Assembly: GCA_963799845.1 (NCBI GenBank)
Contig: CAWCYI010000004.1
Location: 1,472,001-1,536,000 of the forward strand
Length of the DNA: 64,000 nt
From: an uncultured Nitrososphaerota archaeon
GTDB taxonomy: Archaea; Thermoproteota; Nitrososphaeria; Nitrososphaerales; CADDZS01
Direction: 5' to 3'
The notes beneath the pieces are model-generated. The model ran no database searches. It was not told the origin of the DNA and saw nothing but the letters and a program-made list of their open reading frames with translations. Both the position numbers and the translations under genes were made by a program. Below are positions 51,574 through 62,751 of this stretch, one piece after another (position 1 is the first letter of the stretch; each line of letters begins with the position of its first letter).

Positions 51574-52020
51574 ATGATCGATGTAGAAATTGCAAATGAA
51601 TCAGATCTCGACGTCTTGGTTGGAATGAACGGCGCGGCAAAGGATAATGAATCGAGATCGAGCTTCATTCGTGACTCGGTTCTAAAGGGACAGTGTCTAG
51701 TTTGCAGGGTTGATGGAATCGCCGCAGGTTATGCCATCGTTAACAAGGAATTTTTCGGTGAGGCCTTCATCTGGCTGCTTTTTACCAGCCCCGAGTTTCG
51801 CCGGACCGGAGTCGCGACTTCGCTTATTCGCTACGTCGAACTCAATTGTCACACCGGCAAACTATTCCCCTCAACAAATCAATCAAACAAGAAAATGCAG
51901 AGTTTGATGGATAAACTCGGTTTTAATAAGAGCGGCCGTGTGGATAATCTCGATGAGGGCGATCCGGAGATATTCTACTTCAAGAAATTAGAGAAGCCCG
52001 AGAATCTTAGAATGTTATAA
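51574..52020 (+). CDS. GNAT acetyltransferase
   Basis: PEFRRTGVA acetyl-CoA motif; STNQSNKKM; NLDEGDPE. Confidence 0.85.
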   Translation: MIDVEIANESDLDVLVGMNGAAKDNESRSSFIRDSVLKGQCLVCRVDGIAAGYAIVNKEFFGEAFIWLLFTSPEFRRTGVATSLIRYVELNCHTGKLFPSTNQSNKKMQSLMDKLGFNKSGRVDNLDEGDPEIFYFKKLEKPENLRML

Positions 52021-52071
52021 TCCCTGAGGAGCGCAAGATGATTAAGAATGATCTAAGAAATATGTGAGATG

Positions 52072-52587
52072 CTACTTGCTCACGAGTTCAATCTTGCACA
52101 CGTGCTTATCATCTTCTACTCTGCAGGTTGTCGAAGAGAGGTACTCGCGTCTGTACATCTTCGTTGCGAGCCCCAGAATAGTTCCCCTAACAAAATTGCA
52201 CGGGTACGAATTTTTCTCTTTGCAAAATACGCAGTTCTTGATCGTGATCGACGATTGGTCACCAAGAACGATGTCGCCCGTGTACGAGACGATGCCCCAG
52301 CCAGCCTTCATCATGAGTTGTGCGAGGAAAGTGGGATCCAATGTTACCTTTTCTGACTCCTCATCCGGCGGAGCGAGTCGCGCCGCTAATTTTGATCCGT
52401 ACGAAAACCCCATCTGTAGAATGATGAGTGGAGCGTTGCTCGAGAACTTGCTGTAAATGCCATCCTCCAGAGACCCCCAAGCGTCAGAGGTCAAGAGAAG
52501 CATTCTCCAACCAGTTAGCTTACTCCTGATTTCCGCTGACTCGGGATCAAACAAGAAGTTGGTTTGAATATCTTGGCTCGACTGCAA
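52072..52587 (-). CDS. V4R (4-vinyl reductase) domain protein
   Basis: AGWG, CVFC...PCNFVRG...G, C......C. Confidence 0.75.
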   Translation of the reverse strand: MQSSQDIQTNFLFDPESAEIRSKLTGWRMLLLTSDAWGSLEDGIYSKFSSNAPLIILQMGFSYGSKLAARLAPPDEESEKVTLDPTFLAQLMMKAGWGIVSYTGDIVLGDQSSITIKNCVFCKEKNSYPCNFVRGTILGLATKMYRREYLSSTTCRVEDDKHVCKIELVSK

Positions 52588-52616
52588 GAGCGGATAGATA
52601 GATTGCAGTTCCGAAC

Positions 52617-53744
52617 TAACCTGGCCGACATAAGTTCATAGACACCTGTTGGTCAGAAGGAATTTCTTCATGTCAAGATGCGAGCAAAACCTTCGCGTTC
52701 GATAGTATTCTGCCAGGATTGATTTCAGTTCTTTCAATGACGTCGGAAAGGTTGGAAGCCTTGAGAGATCCTTCTCACCCTCGCGCCAACACTCCTCCAT
52801 CATGTTGAACTCTGGCGAAGCTGTCGGGATCCATCTGACTCTGAGAGTCTTCCTGTTCTTACCCAAATAATCAGTTACGATCCTGGTTTTGTGGTGTTGC
52901 CTTGCTTTGTCAAGGAAGAGATAGAGTGATCCAAACTTCCTGTGCACCTTCTTCAGGTAGTCGAGGAATGTCTCGCCATTGAATTTCTCGTACTGCCTGA
53001 AGATTTGTGTCCCGTCCAGGCTGATCGCTCCAAACACCACGGTGTTGCCGTGCGAGCCTGACACAATCCGAATCGGTCGAATCCCTTTGACCGCCCACAC
53101 CCTTTTGGTTTCTATGTTCTGGACGAAGATTGATTCGTCTTCGGATGCTACGGTGAAGCCTTCCGGGATATTCCTGAGGAGTCTTGCGGTCCTTTTTTAA
53201 ATTCGAGCCTCTCTTCGAGGGAAGCCTTGTGAAGTAACCTCTTGTCAGGGACAATTGCTCTCACTCCCCACTTCTGCATCAACCTGTAGATGTGTCTCTC
53301 AGTGTATGCCACGTCTGCTTCCTTGCGGATCATCTCCCTGACCTCCTTCACGGTCCAGCCGCATTCGTTCTTCACGACCTTCCTCTTCACCGCAATGAAC
53401 TTGTTGTGATCGAGCTTCGGAGGTCTCCCGCTCCTTTCCATCGTCTTGAGTCCTTCTAGCCCATCTTTCTCGAAACGTCTAAGCCACGGTGTCGTCCATG
53501 ATTTGTGCCGGTGAACTTCCCTTGCTACGTGCGACGCCGGGACACCCTCGTACTTGACCTTCAGAACGAGGAATATCCTCTTGCTTACGTTTGCGTCCCT
53601 CTCCTCTCTATAAGCCTCTTCAACAATCTCCTTCGGTGCCTGTAATCGAGACATACAACCTGAGATAGGAAGGGAAGTTGGCCAAAAATGAGAATGTCTA
53701 GGTCTGTGGCCCTTTCAGTCTAATAATTTATGTCGGCCAGGTTA
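52617..53744 (-). mobile_element. IS630-family insertion sequence, copy 2
   Basis: Same TIRs, length (1128 bp) and ORF translations as copy 1. Confidence 0.95.
52636..53654 (-). CDS. IS630 transposase (two ORFs, -1 frameshift)
   Basis: Translations identical to 22432-23450. Confidence 0.92.
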
Positions 53745-53868
53745 ATTTAGCAGAGAGGTAGAGAGAGTACTGATCGAGAATACTTTCCCCGATAATTGAG
53801 AATCTTACCATTTGAAAAGTTCCCATACCGTAGGGCATAAATCGACCAAATCTTGAGACCTTCGCCAG

Positions 53869-55398
53869 TTGACAACCACGACAAAGAGCTCGTCGAGAAG
53901 TAAGCTCACCAGCCCGACCGCGATCCTGCTGTACATCGCCTTTGCTGATTTCGCATTTCACATGGTGATCGCAGGTAATTACGGTTACTTTCGGGACGAA
54001 CTTTACTATATCGTAGCGGGACAGCGCCTTGCTTTCGGCTACGTGGATTTTCCGCCGATGATAGCTTTACTCGCTGCGATCATGAACGTTCTCGCGGGCG
54101 ACTCGCTCGTGTCGATTCACGTCATACCCGCAATTGCGGGAGCTGCAATTGTTTTCCTTGCCGGCAAGATAGCGAGCGAATTCGGTGGTGGGATAAAGGC
54201 GCAGGTGCTCGCTGCTGTCGCGGCGATGTTTTCCGCCTCGTTTGCAGTAGCTTCGATTTTCTCCATGGACGTTCTGGACATGCTTTGGTGGACTGTTCTC
54301 GCCTACCTGCTCGTCCGGATAATAAAACGGGAAAACAGGGAGCCGAAGCTCTGGCTGATCTTTGGAGTCGTTGTCGGCATCGGTCTCATGACGAAACTCA
54401 CGATGGCGTTTTTCCTTATTTCGGTACTTATGGCACTGCTCGTCGCAAGACGATCATACCTCAAATCGCCGTGGGTCTGGATCTCCGCTGCAATTGCACT
54501 CGCGATCCTATCTCCGTACGTTGTCTGGAACGCTCTAAACGGCTGGCCGACTGTCGACTTTTTCTTCCACCACGGCGGCTTGAATGGCGGCGGCCCGATT
54601 TCATTCCTTACAAGTCAGATCTTGATCGCGGGGCTTCTCGGACTGCCCCTTGCGATTCTGGGGCTGTACTATTTCTTCAGGTCAAAATCGGGACGGCCCT
54701 ATGCCGTGCTCGGAGTTTCGTTCGTGGTTTTGCTTATCGTGTTCACGCTCACAAATGGCAAGCCGTACTTCTTCATGGGGGCGTATCCGTTCGCATTTGC
54801 TGGCGGGGCTGTCCTGCTCGAGAAGCAGCGCTGGATCTGGCCCAGTTATCTGACAGGAGTAATTTTGATCGGAGTTTTACTTGCCCCGGCATATGCTCCG
54901 GTTCTTCTCCCCCAGACATTTGTAAAATACTACAGTGGACTTACAGGCGTCGCGAACGGAGCGAGCGCGCAGCAGAACGCAGGTGCCTTTCCGCAATACC
55001 TTGGCGATCGTTTTGGGTGGGACACCATGACGGCCACGGTCGCACAAGTTTACGATAACTTGCCGGCTCAGGAGCGAGCTCAAGCCTGCATTCTGACTGA
55101 GAATTACGGGGAAGCGAGCGCTCTAACTTTCCTCGGTAAACCTGACCACCTACCGCCAGTGATCAGCGGCCACAACAACTACTACCTGTGGGGACCTGGA
55201 AACTGCACCGGAGCGGTTCTGATAATAATCGGATACAGTCCGAGCCAGTTCCAAAACTCGTTCAGGAATATCACGATTGCCGGCAATATCACCTGTACTT
55301 ACTGCATGTCCGATGAGGATAATCTGCCGGTAATCGTGGCAACGGGACTGAACGTCTCAGTCAGCGGTGCTTGGGCGTCGCTGAAGCACTTTGACTGA
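53869..55398 (+). CDS. Glycosyltransferase family 39 (ArnT/PMT-like) membrane protein
   Basis: YGYFRDELYY, LAFGYVDFPP, multiple TM segments, NYGEA, SGHNNYYLWG. Confidence 0.88.
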   Translation: MTTTTKSSSRSKLTSPTAILLYIAFADFAFHMVIAGNYGYFRDELYYIVAGQRLAFGYVDFPPMIALLAAIMNVLAGDSLVSIHVIPAIAGAAIVFLAGKIASEFGGGIKAQVLAAVAAMFSASFAVASIFSMDVLDMLWWTVLAYLLVRIIKRENREPKLWLIFGVVVGIGLMTKLTMAFFLISVLMALLVARRSYLKSPWVWISAAIALAILSPYVVWNALNGWPTVDFFFHHGGLNGGGPISFLTSQILIAGLLGLPLAILGLYYFFRSKSGRPYAVLGVSFVVLLIVFTLTNGKPYFFMGAYPFAFAGGAVLLEKQRWIWPSYLTGVILIGVLLAPAYAPVLLPQTFVKYYSGLTGVANGASAQQNAGAFPQYLGDRFGWDTMTATVAQVYDNLPAQERAQACILTENYGEASALTFLGKPDHLPPVISGHNNYYLWGPGNCTGAVLIIIGYSPSQFQNSFRNITIAGNITCTYCMSDEDNLPVIVATGLNVSVSGAWASLKHFD

Positions 55399-55449
55399 TC
55401 ATTGAAAAGGGACTATGCGAGGGGCAATCGAACTTTACTTTTGATCCTA

Positions 55450-58075
55450 CCGTGATTGGAACTGGAACCACGGCCTGGGCCACTTCAAATGATTATGGCG
55501 ATCACGTTTGCCAAGCAAACGGACTGTACTGGTTTTACTATGGAAACGCGAGCAGGCATCCCCGTTTATAGAACAAGTACGAACGGATCTACCTGGAGTT
55601 CAACTAAGAATTTCACAAGTCAAATCGCAACAAATTTTGAAGGTCCTTTCTCGATGTATTGATCCGGAACGAGTGTTTACTATGAGGGCTCAATTGATTC
55701 CAGTTCTCAGGCTAAATTCTGGTGGGGCGACGGAACGATGCAGAGCAATGGCACTGTCACTTGGACTTACCAGAAATCCGTGACAACCGGAAATAAAGGA
55801 GTCCAGGACGGATCGATAGCTGTCGACTCTAGCGGCAACCTCTGGGTATCAGAATTCGAGAGTTCCCCGAGCAATCAGATTGAAGTTTTCAAATCAACAA
55901 ATCTTGCGACGAATTCATGGAGCAACAAGCTCACAATCACCAGCGGGCTGACAGGATCGCTTTACGCTACTCAAATTGTTCCTCTGACAAGCGGCAAGGT
56001 TGCTCTTCTTTGGGGAGGTGCGGCAACTACCAAGACTGCAATTTCCATCCGTGAGTATTCAGGTACCTCGTGGAGTTCGGCCGTCGCTACTGGAATAACA
56101 ACACTGGTAATGGGACGTTCTATGGCAGTGGCGTTGGGAGATACAGTCGAACTTGCGACAACAGGGGATGTTGACATTTACTACTATTCGTTAACTTACG
56201 GATCATCATCTTGGTCTTCATCGACAACCATAGCAACTTCGACGTTCAGCAGCTCATACGCGGGGATAAGCACCGATGGAAACAAACTGCTGGTCATCTC
56301 ATATTTGATGAACGCTAACTTACTGCAGTACGTGTCCTCGTCCAATTCGGGAGGAAGCTGGAGTGAACCAGTAACGGTCAGTACTTCCCTGGGCACATCT
56401 GATTACTTGTCCCCATCTCTCTTGATTCAGTCGAATGAATTTCTGATGGGATTCCAGTCTGGTACTAGCTCTCTGTTTAATATACTGTTCATGGCTGAGC
56501 CTGCGATTGTCCCGACCGCGGCGAGCGAACCTCTTCCGTGGAGCCAGCCAGGCCTTTCTCCCTACGAGTCTTACTTCAGCCAGCTAAATGAATCAGTATC
56601 TCCGGGAAATGGATTGGTCGGATTGATTCAAACTGATTTATCCCTGCCTGGACGAAATGGACTAAGCCTCCAGATTTCAAGAGTATATTCGACTCCATAC
56701 TCATTCTTATCGAGTGCAAACACCCCCTTTTGATTATGACAACTATACTCTTGCAAATGTTGGATTGGGATGGTCGCTTAACTTCCCCTGGTTGGGGAAT
56801 TATTATCTTCATCTCATGAATGGAGAAGTTTTTGCGTATAATTGGACTGGCAATGTCTTCATCAATCACAAAACTGTAAATTTTGCTCTTTACGCCAACT
56901 CCAATGGTACGTACACTCTCTATGACCCATCCGGCACGACTTACAAATTCAACGTTCAAAAGCAGCTCACGTCAATAACAGACAGCACTGGAAACAACAC
57001 CATTGCGTTTGCTTATTCTACAAACGGCATATCCAATATTACGGACGATGTCGGGAGAGTCGTGAAATTCGCGTATAACGCCAACCATGAGGTTGCTAAC
57101 ATCACCAATGGTGGCAGGACCTGGTCTTACGTGTATTCGTCAAACGGAAAGTTGAACAGCGTCACTGATCCGGTGGGACGGTTAACTCAATACAACTATT
57201 GGTCCGGCAATCCTTGGTTACTTCAGAACATCATATATCCGTCCGGGGGCAAAACCGGATATTCCTACAGCAGTGCATCAGGAGGGATAGACGTCCTAAC
57301 ATATTATGCGACCCAGCAAAATGCGTACACAAACACTTCTAGTTCTTCCCTCACGAATAGTACAAGCTTTTCCTATCACATACTGAATGGTCAAATTCAA
57401 TGGGTTAACACGACGACTGCTACTGGCACAGGAGCCGAGCAGAATAATCTCAATTTCAGCTTTACCGGCTCTACTGTACAGTTAGTCAACATCAAAAACG
57501 CGACTTCCCAAGTAATCGACAATCAGAAGTCCATATTCAATCCGTCCTCCTTCCAGCAAAATGAAAGTCAACTGTTGTCATCTGCTAACAGCGCGATCTC
57601 TTCTTCAAATGTAAAGTATGACAATTGGGGTAATGTTATCTTTAGGGAGGATCCGTTGGGTCGCGAAATCTATTATTCATATTCCAACACTAACACCAGT
57701 AATTCTTTCTCCGGATCTTCCGGTTTTACTAACAGCTTTTAAAGTAACTCGATAAATTCAAGCATACATAATTTACTTCTGGGGGTCGCAGATTATCAGA
57801 ACGGGTATGGTAGTGCACCTCAGGAAATCTATTTCCAATATAATTCAGCGGGAGAATTGACCCAGTCAAAACAGTTGCACAAAGTCGGTAGCTCGAATAC
57901 GTGGATAGTTACGTCGTCCACTTATGACAAGTATGGAAACGAATTAACAATGAAAGATGCTCTTAATCGTACCACATATAACCAATACTCACCGTCGTAC
58001 GAGAGTGCATACTTGACACAGTCCAGTATCCACACCACAAAGATTCGGATCTGCCTATCACGACGAACAAGCTAA
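55450..58075 (+). pseudogene. Decayed, truncated RHS/YD-repeat protein gene
   Basis: ESVSPGNG...QTDLSLPGRNGLSL.ISRVY, GLGWSLN and YD repeats (TDPVGR, YDNWGN, YDKYGN...DALNR); frameshifts near 55553 and 56725, in-frame stops at 55660 and 57740. Confidence 0.8.
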
Positions 58076-58406
58076 TACTACTTTGCAGATTTCTCACAGT
58101 GGGATCAACTATGTAAGAGCCTGGGCCGAAGCAGGAAGCGAAGCGGGTGCGCAGTCGGTTATAGGATAATGACAAATCTACGGCTTTGAGCCATCCCGTC
58201 CTCAATTTTGAGAGCTTGTCCGTAACCTAGACAATGTGGGATTTGAAAGGAACAGATAATAGTCCCACCGGCGGCCTTCTCTTTGTTTCAGTGAGCGCCC
58301 CCGTGTGAATCTGTTCCAGTTTTTTCGAGACGAGCCGTAAGTTGTTCCAACTGATTCTCTCAAGGCCCTTGATTGGCGGCTAACTAGAAACCAAACAACT
58401 CTAAAT

Positions 58407-59219
58407 TCAGTCGAGAAATTTTTCCGCGTAGACATTGATTCCCTTTTCTGTAATACTGTAGGGGTGAAGCTGCCTGTCATGCTTGCACTCTCTCATCTTC
58501 TCGATTTCAAGCAGCGAGACTATTCCTCTGCCGGGAACATGTGTATTGTGAAGCACTATCGATCCATGAGAGAGGTACTCTTCTGGAGGAATTTCCCTTT
58601 GCGTCAATGAGTATCCGAAGTGAGTTCCGATTTCGCTCGTGACGAGGCTCGTTGTTCCCAGGCTAGCGAGAGAATCAAAAAGATCAATAATCGCACTTCT
58701 TCTCTGTGAAGTTTCTTCAAATTGCAAAGAAAGTGAGGTTATGGGATCAATTGCGATTCGAGTCGCCCGCGTAGTTCTAGCATAAGTCCTAACAACTGTG
58801 CTGAGTGCTTGAATGGAGAAGCGAGGTCCCATAATGTGAACTTCTTTTTCGGATTCGCTCAAATCATCAGTTGCACTCTCTGCGCCATTGGACTCTTTTA
58901 TTGCCTGTCTGAGAGGACTCGCGTCAACGATCGCGATCTGATTTTTCTTTTCGTACTTTGCGAGATCCCATCCATAATTCGCCATCTCGTTCGTAAGGTG
59001 ATATTTGCTCTCCTCAAGCGAAACGAATATTCCCCTTTCGTCAAAGCGTTCAACGCCATCGACGAGGAACTGCATGCTCATGAGCGTTTTGCCTGAACCG
59101 GGTCCGCCGCTTATCAAAATCACGCGACTGCGCGGATATCCCCCTCCCAGCAGACTGTCAAGACCGATAATTCCGCTCGGAACATGCTCAGATTTCGAGC
59201 TGGTAACCTGCGCGCCCAT
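58407..59219 (-). CDS. Single-domain KaiC/RAD55-family ATPase
   Basis: SGIIGLDSLLGGG.P, Walker A GGPGSGKT, SLEE, IAIDP, IEKMR..H...PYSIT.KGI. Confidence 0.9.
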   Translation of the reverse strand: MGAQVTSSKSEHVPSGIIGLDSLLGGGYPRSRVILISGGPGSGKTLMSMQFLVDGVERFDERGIFVSLEESKYHLTNEMANYGWDLAKYEKKNQIAIVDASPLRQAIKESNGAESATDDLSESEKEVHIMGPRFSIQALSTVVRTYARTTRATRIAIDPITSLSLQFEETSQRRSAIIDLFDSLASLGTTSLVTSEIGTHFGYSLTQREIPPEEYLSHGSIVLHNTHVPGRGIVSLLEIEKMRECKHDRQLHPYSITEKGINVYAEKFLD

Positions 59220-59467
59220 TATGAAAAAACGAACCTGGAATCTGTACTTGGAATCCTTGACTATTAAACTCCAAATGTCGAGCACCGATAGTAGCGCAAT
59301 TTGATATCATATTCCCTCCCAATCCTAAGAGAGCCGCGAATGATAGAAGAAAGAACTGGAGGTCATCGCAAGTGGATTTTTTGCCATTCAAGGAGTTTTT
59401 ACTTTTTCAGGGACCAACTCGCAAGGGTAAGCTCTTCGATCTTCAAAGTAATTTTTGTTTCCTAACC

Positions 59468-60949
59468 TCACGAAGCAGAAGATTTGGAAAAGGGTTTTGT
59501 TGTCTGACTGATAGGCACTTCCAACGGTCCCAATTCCCCAACAAAGGGTGATTCGAATAGTCTCTTGACCTGTACACCCAAGGAATCAAGGGTTAAGTGA
59601 TTTTGAAACAGATTCTGGATTAGGTTTGAGATTCTCTCCTCATGGGCTCCCTGTGTGGCGAGGAACGCAGCGATGATCTTATCGTCAGACAGAATCTCAT
59701 TAGCCCGTCTAATGAATTTGTGACTATTCTCGAAACCTTCGGAGAGTATCATGTCTGATATGTTATCGAATATTATCGCAACCCCGGATGTCGACACCGA
59801 GTCGATCGTATTTCGAAGAGTATCAAGCAGGATTGTCGGGTCGTCCTCAGGTACAAGCATTTCGTTCGCCTGGTCGGTGGAGCAGGGATAAGACGTCGTC
59901 GATGTCATGACGTAAAATCGAGCATCTCTCATTTTGGAAAGCGTACAGTAGATTCTACTTGCCTTCGGAGTGAACACGAACAGCAAGTATCCGTTCGATA
60001 CGAGCTCGACTGCAAGATCCTTCACATACTTTTCGTAGTGGGTCGATGAGTCGACTTCCAACAAGTAGTTTCCGGGGGGCATCGGGCCCTGCATTCCTGC
60101 CCGCTTGGTAAAAGGAAAACTGGGGCCGAGTCCGTCAAAGATTATTGTGGGCTCAAAGAAGCTAGAGAGCAGCGACGTCCGGCGGAACAATCTCGCACTA
60201 AGCCCGAACATTATTGCCGCGAGCAAGTACCCTATCGCGACTGCGTCAAGACCCTGTGATAAAATGTAGCCGTTAACAATAACCAAGTCTAAGCCTATGA
60301 CACACCAAAGAATTGGCAACAATAGGAGGGCGCCTCGCGCCTGATTGTTTCTTGTTTTGCTTCGCGCTGCGATGAAAAGCAACGAAGGGAACGCAGCGAA
60401 CATCCCGAGGACTGAGACTAATAGCAGGAGAAGTGTGCGGCTCATAATAGCGGACTGGACGGGAACGCCGAACAAATTGTGGTCTGTGATGACTGAATAC
60501 GGTTTCAAAATCACAAGGTAAAGGTCGGTCGCCCCGATCAAAGCAGTGGCTAAGACAAACGTCGGCCCGACCAATTTATGACGTAGTATAAATGAGATTG
60601 AGCTCTTTACTCCGCTTGTCAGAGGGCGGATGTAGATTAGACAAGCAACTATAGTCAAAAGTTCTACATCCCATAAAACAAAACTGGTGCCACCAACGGT
60701 ATAATAAAACATGAAATTTGATCCAGATATGAAATTCCTCAAGATTTCCAGGACTATGACTCCACCGAAAAATAGGTGGACCAAAATCAAAAGGGTCTTC
60801 AGTTCTGGATGATATTTTCCAGATTGACGGTAGACGTAAAACCCGGAAATCGACGTCAGCGCTATGGTCAGAAAATCTACTAAGATAGTGGGAATCTCTC
60901 CCAGCACAAACGCGCTCATTTTTAGGTGAATGAACGGGTTTTGCCCCAA
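59468..60949 (-). CDS. Multi-TM membrane sensor with C-terminal DUF835-like (inactive KaiC-like) domain
   Basis: About seven N-terminal TM helices; C-terminal IIFDNISDMILSEGFE..KF...GAHE without a Walker A. Confidence 0.65.
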   Translation of the reverse strand: MGQNPFIHLKMSAFVLGEIPTILVDFLTIALTSISGFYVYRQSGKYHPELKTLLILVHLFFGGVIVLEILRNFISGSNFMFYYTVGGTSFVLWDVELLTIVACLIYIRPLTSGVKSSISFILRHKLVGPTFVLATALIGATDLYLVILKPYSVITDHNLFGVPVQSAIMSRTLLLLLVSVLGMFAAFPSLLFIAARSKTRNNQARGALLLLPILWCVIGLDLVIVNGYILSQGLDAVAIGYLLAAIMFGLSARLFRRTSLLSSFFEPTIIFDGLGPSFPFTKRAGMQGPMPPGNYLLEVDSSTHYEKYVKDLAVELVSNGYLLFVFTPKASRIYCTLSKMRDARFYVMTSTTSYPCSTDQANEMLVPEDDPTILLDTLRNTIDSVSTSGVAIIFDNISDMILSEGFENSHKFIRRANEILSDDKIIAAFLATQGAHEERISNLIQNLFQNHLTLDSLGVQVKRLFESPFVGELGPLEVPISQTTKPFSKSSAS

Positions 60950-61220
60950 AAAAGGGTTAGGGCGGGAGACGTTTTTTGTAACCCCTATCTCCGGGAAAAG
61001 GTCACACCTTTTGGTACCCGAAAGAAGGAATTTCTCCCACTTTGGAAACTCTATCGGTTCTTCATCATCGTCTGCCCAGCGTCAATGTTCCAATCCCGGT
61101 GAAAATGTCCAGAGTCTCTCGAAAATACTTTGTCACTACAGTGACTAATTCGAAAGCCGATCTAGCACAAAACGATAGTATAGCACCCATCTTTCCTTCG
61201 TGACTTAAAGCGATTTAACA

Positions 61221-62738
61221 ATGAATGAGGAAAGCAATAATTTGCCCGGCTGGAATAGCAGACAAACGAGTCACGTTGGAGAGAGAAATGATATTGCCCT
61301 AAACCTCATGGTCAACCAGTTCGAAGCTCCACGGTGCCCGATATGCAGTAAAAAAATAGTCCAAGGCGTCTGCGAGACACACGGAACTATCTGCGAAACT
61401 TGCGGAACGATCTACCAGGATCCTTTCTGCTCCAACTGTTATCCTTCCGTATCGGGGCAGTTAGGCGAAGGAAATTACTATGCAGCAAGTCGAGGGGCTC
61501 GACCAAATCCTAGGACGCTTCGCTTGGGCGAACAGGGAATTCCCGCAAAGGAATTTGGTGCGATAACAGGTCGCCACTCTGTAACTAGAAAGGAAAGCAA
61601 CATACTCAGGGCTGCGACAGATGAAGAACCAGCTAGAAGGAAGATACGACAGAAAGCCGAGGCTGCCATAAAGTGGCTTAACCTTCCTCGAAACAAAGAG
61701 ATGGAACTGGCTGAAACTGTCGAGAGAACTGCTGTCTCTCTAATCACCAGATACAAGACGGGGGCATCGTTATCCGGTCGCAAGATTCACGTTTCAATCG
61801 AAAAAGTTGTAGAGTATTGTCTACTCACTGAAGCAAAAAAAATCGGCAGAAGTATTCGAGAAGTTCAGGAAGCTCTCGCCAAGGCAGGATTCAATATCAA
61901 ACTGCAAATGTTTCCATTGAGAATAGCGGTGCCATACGACCATGAGATTTCATCTGTGAAGATGTACGTCAATGGTTGGAGCCGGAACCAGGGGTTTTTC
62001 AAACCAAAGCAGGTTGGCGATGGTCCGATCGGCAGAGAATACAGCGTTAATGTCCAGACACTACTTTCAGACACCATTGATCAAAAGGGGAGAATAGGAG
62101 AGCAAAGTTGGATCAAAGTCCATTTTGAAAACGCTGTCATCCTTCCGGACGAATCGGTCGCTGACAAAGTAATCAGTAGGCAGAACAAAGGCAGATGGTA
62201 TTCGTTATCACATCAACGCACAATTGAAAAAAGGGGTAGAATTGGCTTCCTTCAAAAAGATCCCAACACCATTTGGCTGAAGCCGAACGCGGAAAAATGC
62301 TTTGCCTTGTTCAAGGACATGAACCGCATGCTGGAACGAAGCTCGAGCGGTGCAGTGACCGGACAATTGTCTAACTTGAATATTGCAACGTCCACTTCTG
62401 CCGAAATTGAAGGCTCGATCAGACAGCATCTTTCTTTGCCCTCAAAGAAATTCCCGGCGTCTGCTGCTCTGATGCAAAGGGCGTGTTGCCTTGCGAAGGT
62501 CGAACGAAGAAGCGTAGAGTTGTTTCGCGAATCGCTGAAGGACTCGGAAGGAAAATCACAGAAAACATTAGCTCACGACGCCCTTGTTAGAGCCGACCAG
62601 GAAGTCTACTCTTCGCTGTCGCCTTCTGTTAAATTGGCTTTGAGAGCCTACGTCTCTACGCTTCCTCTGAGGAGAAGAGATAGATGCTACACAGGAGTGA
62701 AAGGATTGCTCATACTTAGTGAAGTGTTCCCTGGTTGA
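61221..62738 (+). CDS. Hypothetical protein: double Zn ribbon plus two divergent TFIIB-like cyclin repeats
   Basis: CPIC..C..H, CETC..CSNC; LNLP...SIEKVV..CL..EA...RSIREV; VERRSVELF...GKSQKTLA..AL. Confidence 0.55.
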   Translation: MNEESNNLPGWNSRQTSHVGERNDIALNLMVNQFEAPRCPICSKKIVQGVCETHGTICETCGTIYQDPFCSNCYPSVSGQLGEGNYYAASRGARPNPRTLRLGEQGIPAKEFGAITGRHSVTRKESNILRAATDEEPARRKIRQKAEAAIKWLNLPRNKEMELAETVERTAVSLITRYKTGASLSGRKIHVSIEKVVEYCLLTEAKKIGRSIREVQEALAKAGFNIKLQMFPLRIAVPYDHEISSVKMYVNGWSRNQGFFKPKQVGDGPIGREYSVNVQTLLSDTIDQKGRIGEQSWIKVHFENAVILPDESVADKVISRQNKGRWYSLSHQRTIEKRGRIGFLQKDPNTIWLKPNAEKCFALFKDMNRMLERSSSGAVTGQLSNLNIATSTSAEIEGSIRQHLSLPSKKFPASAALMQRACCLAKVERRSVELFRESLKDSEGKSQKTLAHDALVRADQEVYSSLSPSVKLALRAYVSTLPLRRRDRCYTGVKGLLILSEVFPG

Positions 62739-62751
62739 GCGATCGAAGAAA

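Noticed and set aside
58100-58300. GC-rich intergenic stretch considered as tRNA or ncRNA
   Set aside because: No cloverleaf, T-loop GTTCRA or convincing long stem seen
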